DNA of 64,000 bases from Alphaproteobacteria bacterium (GTDB taxonomy: Bacteria > Pseudomonadota > Alphaproteobacteria > JAAXGF01). Below are positions 35,301 through 43,735 of the stretch, one piece after another. How positions within the stretch are numbered: position 1 is the first letter of the stretch; every line of letters begins with the position of its first letter. The stretch is from the NCBI GenBank assembly GCA_963555825.3, contig CAUVXB020000002.1, forward strand, positions 2,976,001-3,040,000, given 5' to 3'. The notes under the pieces were generated by a model that worked only from the letters and a program-made list of their open reading frames with translations, ran no database searches and was not told where the DNA came from. Position numbers and translations under genes: made by a program.

Positions 35301-35341
35301 CGATCTTCTACGACCCGGAAGGGGAGAAGCTCCGTGGTTGA
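32336..35341 (+). CDS. soxA: Sarcosine oxidase alpha subunit
   Basis: GDTLASALLANG, RSFKYHRPRG, EHLKRYTTTGMG.DQGK, GcvT-like C-terminal half. Confidence 0.97.
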   Translation: MSAQNQRLAEGGWIDRDQRLGFTFNDVRYTGYAGDTLASALLANGVVLVGRSFKYHRPRGILSAGAEEPNALVQLGKGARTEPNLRATQVELYDGLVAESINCWPSVEYDIGAINNRISRVLPSGFYYKTFMWPRNLWMTYEHFIRRAAGLGKAPRAADPDRYDKRHAHCDVLVAGGGPAGLAAALAGGRTGARVIVADDQQEFGGALLNTRAEIGGKPAIEWVAAALDELAAMDEVTLLPRATVFGYYDHNYLGIAERVTDHLGPDAAPPGIPRQRLWRVRARQVVLCAGSHERPLVFADNDRPGVMLAGAAQAYVNRYAVKPGGRAVVFTNNDSAYQAALDLIDGRMRVAAVVDVRPEPAGPLVEAVRAQGVKIVAGHAITATHGAKRVTAVEVTRLNEAGDEVAGPSRRIGCDLVCMSGGWNPVIHLFSQSRGRPAFDAEKACFVPGQSVQAERSAGACNGAFALADCLAEGFKAGLAAAGDAGRKKGRARKLPAAPEPESEPLRPLWRVPAARGVKQFVDFQNDVTAADLALAAREGYESVEHLKRYTTTGMGTDQGKTSNVNAIAILAQIAEAEIPDIGVTTFRPPYTPVGYGTLAGRAVGPLWEPARLTPMHLRHADTGAVFEDVGQWKRAWYYPSDGETMHDAVNRECLAVRTSLGVFDATTLGKIDIQGPDALELLNRVYTNAWDTLAVGRARYGLMLGEDGMVMDDGVTARVGENHYHMTTTTGGAPRVMAWMEEWLQTEWPKLKVYLTSVTTQWAVVAIVGPNSRRLLGELCDDIDLATEAFPFMAWRDGTVAGLPARVYRVSFSGEIAYEINVPASYGTALWRALMTAGAKYQITPYGTEAMHVLRGEKGFIVVGHDTDGTLTPFDLGMGWIVSKKKKDFLGKRSLTRSDCLREDRKQLVGLLTEDPGEVVPEGSQIVAEVRAKPPMPMEGHVTSSYWSPILGRSIAMAVLKGGHGRHGETVTISLANKNVRAVVGKPIFYDPEGEKLRG

Positions 35342-35942
35342 GGCGTACTTCAGACAGGGCGTGCTCGACCATCGCCATCTCGATGCGCGTGCGGTCGACG
35401 ACATCGGCGACGCCGGCGTCACGCTCGGCGAGCGGCGTTTTCTTGGCAAGGTCGACCTGCGCGGCGAGCCGACCAAGAAATTCCGCGACGCGGTCGCCGG
35501 TGTCCTCGGCGTCGCGCCGCCGACCGCGCCAAACACGGCCGCCGGCGACGACGCGCGGACGGTGCTCTGGCTCGGTCCCAACGAATGGCTGATCGTCACG
35601 CCGCCCGGCGACGAGGACGAGACCGCCGAGGCCTTGCGCGCGGTGCTCGCCGGCCGCCATGTCGCGGTGACCGACGTCAGCGAGGGCCGCACGGTGATCG
35701 CGCTGGCCGGTCGGCGCGCCCGCGACGTGCTCGCCAAGGGCTGCCCGATCGACTTCCACCCGCGTGTCTTTCGCGCCGGCCACTGCGCGCAGTCGACCTA
35801 TGGCAAGGCGAATGTTCTGGTGCATCAGACATCGGATGCGCCGGCCTACGACATCTACGTCGAACGCAGCTTCGCCGATTATCTGTGGGCCTGCCTCGAG
35901 GACGCGGCCGAAGAATACGGCCTCGCCATCACGATGGGCTGA
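35334..35942 (+). CDS. soxG: Sarcosine oxidase gamma subunit
   Basis: LWLGPNEW, VTDVS, KGCPIDFH, RSFADYLW. Confidence 0.94.
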   Translation: MVEAYFRQGVLDHRHLDARAVDDIGDAGVTLGERRFLGKVDLRGEPTKKFRDAVAGVLGVAPPTAPNTAAGDDARTVLWLGPNEWLIVTPPGDEDETAEALRAVLAGRHVAVTDVSEGRTVIALAGRRARDVLAKGCPIDFHPRVFRAGHCAQSTYGKANVLVHQTSDAPAYDIYVERSFADYLWACLEDAAEEYGLAITMG

Positions 35943-35993
35943 CCCGCGTTCGAGGTCGGCGGGAAGGCGCCCCGCCGTACTTCTGACCGAGGA

Positions 35994-36665
35994 TCAGATA
36001 TCCAAATCGCGGTTCTGGCCCTCCTGGGACGGGTCGCGATGGGGCAACAACTGACGCGTCGCGGTCCGGATGAGCGCGCGGAAGCGCGGATCGTCGGGCG
36101 AGGTGATGCCGCCGATCGTCGCGCCCAAATAGGTCATCATGCGCTCGCGCCGGCAGAATGCCGCGATCATCTTGTTGCCCGGCTTGGGCGGCGCGGCGCG
36201 CTCGGCGTCGCTTGGCGTATAGCCGCCGATATTGTAGCCCGCGATGTTGATGCCGCTGGTCGGCCCGCACAGGCGGTAGAGCGAGGTGCCCGCATCGACG
36301 CCGATGATCCAGACGATGCGATAGAGCGGCCGCGCGGTCTCGCCCGGCGTGGTCGTGAAGTTGGTCACCATCCAACCCGGCTGGCCCTGCATGGCGCCGA
36401 CCACGGCGTCGGCCAGCGCGTCGTCGCTGGTGCCGGTCTCGCCGAACGGGTTGCCCATGACGACGACCTCGAGGTCGCGGCCGTCGGCGGCGTAGGACAC
36501 CTCATGGTAACTGTAGACCGGCTCGATCGACGAATAGCTGATCGCCGGACCGCCCACGCCGCCGCCTGTGCCGACGCAGCCGCCGAGAGCCAGGAGCGCC
36601 GCGGCGGCGGTAGCGAACCAGGGGCCGCGCGCTGGCGCGGCGTTCGATGAATGCCGGTGTGGCAT
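35994..36665 (-). CDS. Hypothetical lipoprotein
   Basis: AGGAGG RBS; hydrophobic N-terminus with LALGGC lipobox; coding-like codon use. Confidence 0.7.
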   Translation of the reverse strand: MPHRHSSNAAPARGPWFATAAAALLALGGCVGTGGGVGGPAISYSSIEPVYSYHEVSYAADGRDLEVVVMGNPFGETGTSDDALADAVVGAMQGQPGWMVTNFTTTPGETARPLYRIVWIIGVDAGTSLYRLCGPTSGINIAGYNIGGYTPSDAERAAPPKPGNKMIAAFCRRERMMTYLGATIGGITSPDDPRFRALIRTATRQLLPHRDPSQEGQNRDLDI

Positions 36666-36995
36666 GAAAGATGCCTCCTTATGCGATGCCCCGATGCCGC
36701 GCCCCCATCACGGGCCAAGGCGGATTAATCAAGAAGATAGCTTAGTCGGCTCCCGAGTAAATGCAGTGTCGGCGATCACACCTCGGTGACGGCCGGGTCC
36801 ACCATGGCGGCCCGCGCCCGGCCGTCAGATTGTGATTATATATGCCAGTATAATTAATGTCAATTTTATAAGAAAGTTTACATATAGTCTCGTGTCGGCA
36901 CGGCCTCGCGGTGCGCCGCGCGGCGGTCAATCCAGGAAAAGCTCCTTGATGCTATCACGCCAATCGAGATCGTCGATCGTCCGCGGCCGGTCCTT

Positions 36996-38543
36996 TCAGG
37001 CGAAGGCGTCGGGCATGCCGGCCTTCTTCTCGGCGATGAAACTCTGCAGCGCCTCGTCTACGCCCGCGTCGAGGTCGGGCGCCTGATAGTCGGCGAGCAT
37101 CTGCTTCCACAGCGCGTTGGCGCGTTGCACCGCGTCGAGCGAGCCGTCGGCCTCCCACTGCTCGACCGAGTTGTTGTCGGCGATCGACGAGCGGTAGAAG
37201 GCGGTCTGGAAGTTCGCCTGGGTGTGCTCGCAGCCGAGATAATGCGTGCCCGGGCCGACCTCGCGGATGGCGTCCATCGCCTGGCCGTTTTCGGACAGAT
37301 CGATGCCGCCGCCGACGACCTGCATCATGCCGATCTGGTCGGCGTCCATGACGAACTTCTCGTAGGACGAGGCGAGGCCACCCTCGAGCCAGCCGGCGGC
37401 GTGCAGCACGAAATTGGTACCGGCGAGCAGGGTCGGCAGCAGCGTCTGCGCGCTCTCGTAGGCGGCCTGGGCGTCGGGCACCTTGGAGCCGCACAGCGAG
37501 CCGCCCGAGCGGAACGGCACGCCGAGCCGGCGCGCCAACTGCGCTGCGGCGAACAGCACCAATGTGGGCTCGGGCGTGCCGAAGGTCGGCGCGCCCGACT
37601 GCATCGAGATCGAGCTCGCGAAGGTGCCGAAGACGACCGGCGCGCCGGGGCGGACGAGCTGGGCGAAGGCCATGCCCGACATCGCCTCGGCCAAGAGCTG
37701 GGCAAGCGTGCCGGCGACGGTCACCGGGCTCATCGCGCCGGCCAGGATGAACGGCGAGATCACGGTGCCCTGGTTGTTGCGCGCATAGACCTTGAGCGCG
37801 CCCAGCATGGTCGCGTCCCAGACCATCGGCGAGTTGGCGTTGATCAGGTTGATCAGCACGCAGTTCTGATCGACGAAGTCGTCGCCGAACACCAGCTTCG
37901 CCATGGCCACCGAATCCTCGGCGCGCGACGGATGCGTCACCGAACCCATGAAGGGCTTATCGGAATAGCGGATGTGGCTATACACCATGTCGTAGTGGCG
38001 CTTGTTGACCGGAATATCGACCGGCTCGCAGACCGTGCCGCCGGAATGGTGCATGGCCGGCGTCATATAGGCGAGTTTGACGAAATTCCGGAAGTCCTCG
38101 ATCGTCGCGTAGCGCCGCCCCTCGTCGAGGCTGCGGATGAAGGGCGGGCCGTAGACCGGCGCGAAGACCGTCGCGTCGCCGCCGATCTGAACGCTGCGCT
38201 CGGGATTGCGGGCGTGCTGAACGAACTGCGAAGGCGCGGTCGCCATCAGCGACCGGGCGAGGCCGCGTGGGATGTGGACGCGCTCGCCCTGGACGTCGGC
38301 GCCGGCGTCGCGCCACAATTCGAGCGCCTCGGCGTCCTCGCGGAAGTCGATGCCGATCTCCTCGAGAATGGTCTCGGCGTTGTTCTCGATGATCTCGAGG
38401 CCCTCGTCCGAGAGCACCTCGGTGACCGGAAACTTGCGCGTGATGTATGGCAGAAAGGTGACCGTCCGCTGCTGGCGCGCCGCCCGCCGCGCCTCGCGGC
38501 CGCCACCGCGGGTGCGCCGGCGGCCCTCTTTTTCCTCGCTCAT
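36996..38543 (-). CDS. Non-pyrrolysine MttB-superfamily corrinoid methyltransferase (MtgB-like)
   Basis: Arg-rich N-terminus, HSGGTVCEP.D, NANSP..WD, PFILAGAMSP, GAPTFGTPE, LHAAGWLEGG; no in-frame TAG. Confidence 0.92.
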   Translation of the reverse strand: MSEEKEGRRRTRGGGREARRAARQQRTVTFLPYITRKFPVTEVLSDEGLEIIENNAETILEEIGIDFREDAEALELWRDAGADVQGERVHIPRGLARSLMATAPSQFVQHARNPERSVQIGGDATVFAPVYGPPFIRSLDEGRRYATIEDFRNFVKLAYMTPAMHHSGGTVCEPVDIPVNKRHYDMVYSHIRYSDKPFMGSVTHPSRAEDSVAMAKLVFGDDFVDQNCVLINLINANSPMVWDATMLGALKVYARNNQGTVISPFILAGAMSPVTVAGTLAQLLAEAMSGMAFAQLVRPGAPVVFGTFASSISMQSGAPTFGTPEPTLVLFAAAQLARRLGVPFRSGGSLCGSKVPDAQAAYESAQTLLPTLLAGTNFVLHAAGWLEGGLASSYEKFVMDADQIGMMQVVGGGIDLSENGQAMDAIREVGPGTHYLGCEHTQANFQTAFYRSSIADNNSVEQWEADGSLDAVQRANALWKQMLADYQAPDLDAGVDEALQSFIAEKKAGMPDAFA

Positions 38544-38609
38544 GTCGTGCCCTCCCTGGCCCTGTCGCGGGCCTTGCGCTTAGCCTATATCACGAGATGT
38601 TCGGCGCAC

Positions 38610-38650
38610 AAAAAACTTCGGGCGGCGACGCGTTGAACGTCACCGCCCGA
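38610..38650 (-). terminator. Intrinsic terminator after the DUF1127 pair
   Basis: 13-bp stem 38618-38630/38638-38650, followed by a T6 run on the minus strand. Confidence 0.75.
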
Positions 38651-38677
38651 TGGCGTGTCCGTGGTGAGAAATTCGGG

Positions 38678-38821
38678 CTAGCGGGCGCCAAACGCGACGC
38701 GATAAATATCGCCGCGGTCCACGCCGACATCGGCGAGCATCCTAACGTTCATGTGGGCCAGCTCGCCGTGCGCGCCATGCTTGTCGTTCCAGCGGCGGAG
38801 TTCGGTGAACAGATTGATCAT
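38678..38821 (-). CDS. Small DUF1127-like protein (47 aa)
   Basis: MINLFTELRRW...ELAHMNVRMLADVGVDRGDI; AAAGGA RBS; fits the L..L.DR.L.DIG..R.DI pattern. Confidence 0.8.
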   Translation of the reverse strand: MINLFTELRRWNDKHGAHGELAHMNVRMLADVGVDRGDIYRVAFGAR

Positions 38822-38843
38822 GTCGGGGTTCCTTTCGGGTTGG

Positions 38844-38987
38844 CTAGTTGAGGCCGCGGACGACGCGGATGACGTTGCCGCCGTCGACGCCGAGGTCATA
38901 GAGGGTGCCGGCGTCGAAACGCGCGATCTGGCCGCGCGAAACCGTGCGGGAATGCCAGCGGCGAAGGCTCTTGAAGATGGTGTCCAT
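38844..38987 (-). CDS. Small DUF1127-like protein (47 aa), divergent paralog
   Basis: MDTIFKSLRRW...QIARFDAGTLYDLGVDGGNVIRVVRG; same length and register as its neighbour. Confidence 0.65.
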   Translation of the reverse strand: MDTIFKSLRRWHSRTVSRGQIARFDAGTLYDLGVDGGNVIRVVRGLN

Positions 38988-39074
38988 TGTCTCGTCTCTA
39001 CTCGGGATGATCCTGTTGAGACGGGAGATATGATCCGACCGGGCCCCGCGCAAACGCGCAATACGCGCGGCTGT

Positions 39075-39091
39075 CATGCGGAAACTGCATG
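39075..39091. promoter_or_regulatory. Palindromic LysR-type site upstream of the DUF1127 pair
   Basis: CATGC-N7-GCATG containing T-N11-A. Confidence 0.45.
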
Positions 39092-39157
39092 GAGTATTGC
39101 GGCCGCCAGGCCTAGCGTCCCTCGCTGCGGCACCCATCGACGACAGACCGCGGCCCG

Positions 39158-39263
39158 GACGCCAAGACACCGCTCGACGGCCGCGACTTTCTACACCGGC
39201 GTGCCCTGGTTCCTGCCGCGGGTCAGCCTGTGGTACCGGTTCCGCGACCGGATGGCGCGCTGA
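39158..39263 (+). pseudogene. C-terminal remnant of a DadA/PuuB-type FAD oxidoreductase
   Basis: DAKTPLDGRDF then frame change FYTGVPWFLPRVSLWYRFRDRMAR*; resembles the typical ...LY.G.PWFLP....YR..D C-terminus. Confidence 0.5.
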
Positions 39264-39275
39264 ACGGACCGCCGA

Positions 39276-39479
39276 TCAGCCGTCGAGGACGAAGGTGATC
39301 TCCATCGTCACCCGATACTCCTCGATCGTCCCGTCCGAGACCTTGGCCTTCTGCTCAAGGACGTGCAGCCCGGTGATGCCGCGCACCGTGCCGCTGGCGC
39401 GGGCGAGGCCTTCGCGGATCGCGGCGTCGAAACTCTCCGACGATGCGGCGGTAATCTTGGTTACGCGTGCTACGGCCAT
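39276..39479 (-). CDS. Dodecin family protein
   Basis: MAVARVTKITAASSESFDAAIREG..RA..TVRGI...IEEYRV.MEITFVLD; GGAGG RBS. Confidence 0.92.
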   Translation of the reverse strand: MAVARVTKITAASSESFDAAIREGLARASGTVRGITGLHVLEQKAKVSDGTIEEYRVTMEITFVLDG

Positions 39480-39672
39480 GGTCTGCCTCCCCTATTTTTG
39501 TCATTGGCGCCTTCGCCGAGGCCCATGGTGACAGAGTTCGCTGCCCGCGTCGATGACCTGCCGACGCGGCGGTTCGGCGACGCGAGATCGCTGGTGATGC
39601 GCTCCGCCCTCTGCTAAAAGCCGTCTTCGGAGAGGCCCGCGCAAGGGCCCCTATGACACGAGGGGATCAGGC

Positions 39673-42108
39673 ATGATATCGCACGCGCGGGTGGTCGTGA
39701 TCGGTGGCGGGGCGGTCGGCGTCTCGACACTCTATCATCTGGCCAAGAAGGGCTGGTCGGACGTCGCGCTGGTCGAGCGCAAGGAGCTCACCTCGGGCTC
39801 GACCTGGCATGCCGCCGGGCTCCTGCCGCTGTTCAATATGAGCTATTCGGTCGGCCAGCTGCACAAATACGCGGTCGACTTCTACCCGTCGCTCGAAGCG
39901 GAGACCGGCCAGGACGTCGGCTTCAGCCAAGTCGGCAACATCCGCCTGGCGATGAACCAGGATCGCATGGACGAATACCACCAGTACGCCGGCGTCGCCG
40001 CGACGATCGGCGTGCGCGTCGATTTCCTGACGCCCGCCGAGGTCGGGGAACTCTGGCCGCTGTGCAACATCGACGGCCTGGTCGGCGCCATCGTCCATCC
40101 GGAGGACGGCTACATCCAGCCGGCCGACGTGACCCAGGCGATGGCCACCGGTGCGCGCCAGCGGGGCGCCGAGATCTACCGCAACACGACGGTGACGGGC
40201 ATCGAGCGAACCGCCGGCGGCGAATGGCTGGTCAAGACCGACAAGGGCGACATCACCTGCGAGCACGTCGTCTCGGCGACCGGCAGCTTCGCGCGCCAGA
40301 CCGGCGCCATGGTCGGCCTCGACATCCCGGTCATCCCGGTCGAGCACCAGTACATCATCACCGAGCCGCACCCCGAGATCCTCGCGCGCCGCGAACAGGG
40401 CCTGCCAGAGATGGGCGTGCTACGCGAATCCGACGGCTCGTGGTACATGCGCGAGGAGCGCGGCGGCCTAGTCCTCGGCATCTACGAGGCCGGCGCGCCG
40501 TGCTGCTATGTCGACGGGCCCTCGGACGACGCCGAGTTCGAACTGTTTCAAGAAGACATCGAGCGTCTCGAGCCGCATATCGAGGCGGCGATCAACCGCG
40601 TGCCGGCCTTCGGCGAGGTCGGCGTGAAAGAGGTCTTCAACGGCGCCATCGCGTACACGCCCGACGGCAACCCGATCGTCGGGCCGGCCTGGGATGTGCC
40701 CAACTTCTGGATCAACGAGGGCCACAGCTTCGGCATCACCGCGGCGGGCGGCGCCGGCTGGCAGCTCTCGGAATGGATCGTCGAGGGCGAGCCGACGGTC
40801 GACATGATGGGCGTCGACCCGCGGCGTTATGGCGATTACGCGACCAAGGGGTATCTGCGCAAGAAGAACGAGGAGGCGTATGAAAACGTCTTCGTCATCC
40901 ACTACCCCGACGAAGAGCGCGGCGGCGCCCGGCCGCTGCGCACGGCGCCGTGCTACGACCGGCTGAAGGCGCTCGGCGCGGTGTTCGGTCAGAAGTTCGG
41001 CTGGGAACGCGCCAATTGGTTTGCGCCCACCGGCGTCGCGCAGGAAGACCACTGGTCGTTCCGCCGCTCGAAGTGGTTCGAGCACGCCGCCAACGAGGCG
41101 CGCCACGTCGCCGAGCACGTCGGTCTCCTGGACATGACCGCGTTCGCCAAATGCCGCGTTTCGGGGCCCGGCGCCGAGGCCTTTCTCGACTACCTGCTGG
41201 CCAACCGCCTGCCAAAGAAGATCGGCCGCGTCGGCCTCTGTCACGCGCTCAATACCCGGGGTGGCGTGCTCTCGGAGTTCACCGTGATTCGCGAAGCCGC
41301 CGATCAGTTCTATCTGGTCTCGGCCGGCGCCTTCCAACGGCTCGACCACGACTGGCTCAAGAAGCATATGCCGGCCGACGGCTCGGTCCAGTTCCAGAAC
41401 CTGACCAATTCGATCGGCGTGCTGGCGATCGCCGGGCCGAAGGCGCGCGAGCTGATGAGCCGGGTCACCGACGCCGACCTCTCGAACGAGGCGTTTCCGT
41501 GGCTCATGTCCCATAACATCGTCGTCGACATGACGCCGGTGCGCGCCGCCCGCGTCAACTTCGTCGGCGAGCTGGGTTGGGAGCTGCACCACCCGATCGA
41601 GTGTCAGAACCAAGTCTTCGACGCCGTGATGGCGGCGGGCGCCGATCTCGATATCAAGCCGTTCGGCATCCGCGCCATGGACATGCTGCGCATCGAAAAG
41701 TCATACCGCATGGTCGGCACCGAGCTCTCGATCGAATACTCGGCCTTTGAATCGGGACTGCAGCGTTTCGTCCATCTCAACAAGGGCGACTTCATCGGCC
41801 GCGACGCACTGGTCAAGTGGCAGGAGAAGGGCTTCGAGAACCAGCTCGTGACGCTCGAGATCCACGACGTCACCGATGCCGACCCGCTCGGCAACAACCC
41901 GATCTTCCACGGCGGCGAGATGGTCGGCCGCGCGACCTCGGGCAATTACGGGGCGAGGCTCGACAAATCCTACGTGCTCGCCATGGTGCCGCCGGCGTTG
42001 GCCGCCGAGGGCACCGTGCTCGAGATGGACGTGTTGGGCGCCATGCACAAGGTGACCGTGACGCCCGAATCACCCTACGACCCCGACAACGAGCAACTCA
42101 GAAGCTAG
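39673..42108 (+). CDS. Dimethylglycine dehydrogenase-like FAD/GcvT-family protein
   Basis: VVIGGGAVG, LTSGSTWHAAG (covalent-FAD His), YTPDGNP, GWER..WF, LRIEKSYR. Confidence 0.92.
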   Translation: MISHARVVVIGGGAVGVSTLYHLAKKGWSDVALVERKELTSGSTWHAAGLLPLFNMSYSVGQLHKYAVDFYPSLEAETGQDVGFSQVGNIRLAMNQDRMDEYHQYAGVAATIGVRVDFLTPAEVGELWPLCNIDGLVGAIVHPEDGYIQPADVTQAMATGARQRGAEIYRNTTVTGIERTAGGEWLVKTDKGDITCEHVVSATGSFARQTGAMVGLDIPVIPVEHQYIITEPHPEILARREQGLPEMGVLRESDGSWYMREERGGLVLGIYEAGAPCCYVDGPSDDAEFELFQEDIERLEPHIEAAINRVPAFGEVGVKEVFNGAIAYTPDGNPIVGPAWDVPNFWINEGHSFGITAAGGAGWQLSEWIVEGEPTVDMMGVDPRRYGDYATKGYLRKKNEEAYENVFVIHYPDEERGGARPLRTAPCYDRLKALGAVFGQKFGWERANWFAPTGVAQEDHWSFRRSKWFEHAANEARHVAEHVGLLDMTAFAKCRVSGPGAEAFLDYLLANRLPKKIGRVGLCHALNTRGGVLSEFTVIREAADQFYLVSAGAFQRLDHDWLKKHMPADGSVQFQNLTNSIGVLAIAGPKARELMSRVTDADLSNEAFPWLMSHNIVVDMTPVRAARVNFVGELGWELHHPIECQNQVFDAVMAAGADLDIKPFGIRAMDMLRIEKSYRMVGTELSIEYSAFESGLQRFVHLNKGDFIGRDALVKWQEKGFENQLVTLEIHDVTDADPLGNNPIFHGGEMVGRATSGNYGARLDKSYVLAMVPPALAAEGTVLEMDVLGAMHKVTVTPESPYDPDNEQLRS

Positions 42109-42261
42109 TTCTATGTGCGGTCACCTTTACTGCGTAAAGCTGACCCGCGCTCAATCGCCGCGCATGCTTCCGCCGAACGGTCGGCGGCCCCCCTCTTGTC
42201 CCAATAAGACTGGCGCGGGCTGGCATAATCCGATCGAGTCCGATCGATCGGATTATGCCCT
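42105..42261 (-). repeat. Dispersed palindromic repeat, copy C
   Basis: 44-nt identity to copy A; perfect 15-bp hairpin 42223-42258. Confidence 0.9.
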
Positions 42262-42270
42262 TCCTCTGCG

Positions 42271-43722
42271 ATGAAACGCCTCGCCGTCGCGCGGCTGTGG
42301 CACGAGGGCAATTCATTCTGTCCCGACGCGACGACGCTCGATGATTTTCGTCAGCGCGAGTGGGTCGCGGGCGAAGACGCGCTCGCCCACTACTGCGGCA
42401 CCGCGACCGAGATGGGCGCCGTCGTCGATTTCCTCGACGGCAACGCGGCGTGGCAGGGCACCATTCTGCGTTGCGCTGCGGCGTCACCCGCAGGGCCACT
42501 GCCATATGACACGTTCACGGCGATCCGCGACGAGATCGTCGCCGGTTTAGCCGGCGGCCAGTGGGACGCGGTCTATCTGTCGCTGCACGGCGCGCTGCTC
42601 GCCGACGGCGTCGCCAGCGCCGACGTCGCGCTGCTCACCGCCGTCAGGGCGGCGATCGGCGATGCCCCGCTCGGCGTAAGTTTCGATCTGCACGCCAATC
42701 TCGATCCGGCGGTCATCGCCCTCGTCGACATCGCCTGCGGTTACAAGACCCATCCCCACACCGACATGGATGCGACCGGCGCCAAGACGCTCGGCCTGCT
42801 CGTCGCGACGACCACGGGCGCGATCGACCCGGTCGGTGCGATCGAGAAGACCGGTGCGGTGCTGCCCAGTTTCAACATGCGCACGGCCGAAGGTCCGATG
42901 GCCGAGGTCGTCGCGCTCGCGGCCAAGCTCGAGGCCGAGCGCGGCTTGCTCGACGTCTCGGCCTTCGGCGGCTTCGCCTATGGCGACGTCGCGCATGGCG
43001 GCGCCTCGGTGCTCGCCTATGCCGACGGCGACGTCGCGGCGGCACGGCGCGCGGCGCGCGAAGTCGCGGCGGCGCTCGCCGCGCGCCGCGCCCGCTTCGA
43101 CGTCAGCCTGCCTTCAGCGGCCGAGGGCATCGCCGCCGCGCGCGCCGCCGCGCCGGGCCTGGTCGCGGTGCTCGACCCAGGCGACAACACGCTGTCGGGC
43201 GGCATCGGCGATACCCCGGGACTGTTCCGCGCGACGATCGAGGCCCGGCCCGAGGGGCCGGTGGTGTTCGCCTTCTTCCACGATCCCGGCATCGTCGAGG
43301 CGGCGCACCGGGTCGGCGCCGGCGCGACCATCGACGTCGCGCTCGGCGGTCGCAAGACGGCGATCTGGGGGCCGCCGGTCGAGACCCGCGCCAAGGTCGC
43401 GCGCCTGACCGACGGGCGTTTCGTCAACCGCGGGCCGATGGAGACCAACCTCGTCGTCGAACTCGGCCGCACCGCGGTGCTCGACGTCGACGGCATCGCG
43501 GTCATCGTCACCAAGCGCTGCCGGGCGCCAAACGACCCGGCCTATTTCGAACTGCACGGCATCGACCTGGCGGCCACCCGGCTCTTGTGCGTCAAGGGCA
43601 AGAACCACTTCCGCGCCGCTTTCGAGGCGCAGTGCGCGGCGCTCATCGAGGTCGACGCGCCGGGACCCGCCTGTCTCGACCTCGGTCAACTGCCGTTTCG
43701 CCACGCCCCGGGGCTCGCGTGA
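42271..43722 (+). CDS. M81/MlrC family metallopeptidase
   Basis: WHEGNSF, LSLHGA, SFDLHAN, YKTHPHTD, DN..SGG.GD, VKGKNHFRAAF. Confidence 0.9.
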   Translation: MKRLAVARLWHEGNSFCPDATTLDDFRQREWVAGEDALAHYCGTATEMGAVVDFLDGNAAWQGTILRCAAASPAGPLPYDTFTAIRDEIVAGLAGGQWDAVYLSLHGALLADGVASADVALLTAVRAAIGDAPLGVSFDLHANLDPAVIALVDIACGYKTHPHTDMDATGAKTLGLLVATTTGAIDPVGAIEKTGAVLPSFNMRTAEGPMAEVVALAAKLEAERGLLDVSAFGGFAYGDVAHGGASVLAYADGDVAAARRAAREVAAALAARRARFDVSLPSAAEGIAAARAAAPGLVAVLDPGDNTLSGGIGDTPGLFRATIEARPEGPVVFAFFHDPGIVEAAHRVGAGATIDVALGGRKTAIWGPPVETRAKVARLTDGRFVNRGPMETNLVVELGRTAVLDVDGIAVIVTKRCRAPNDPAYFELHGIDLAATRLLCVKGKNHFRAAFEAQCAALIEVDAPGPACLDLGQLPFRHAPGLA

Positions 43723-43735
43723 GCCATACCGAGGA

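Noticed and set aside
36830-36890. Very AT-rich patch as foreign DNA or an att site
   Set aside because: No repeats or partner site found; best explained as the promoter region of the lipoprotein gene
36996-38543. Pyrrolysine recoding in the MttB homolog
   Set aside because: The ORF has no internal TAG and no pyl genes are present
39620-39672. Glycine riboswitch before the GcvT-family gene (GGAGAG + hairpin)
   Set aside because: Lacks the CCGAAG and CTC(T/A)GG elements and a second aptamer
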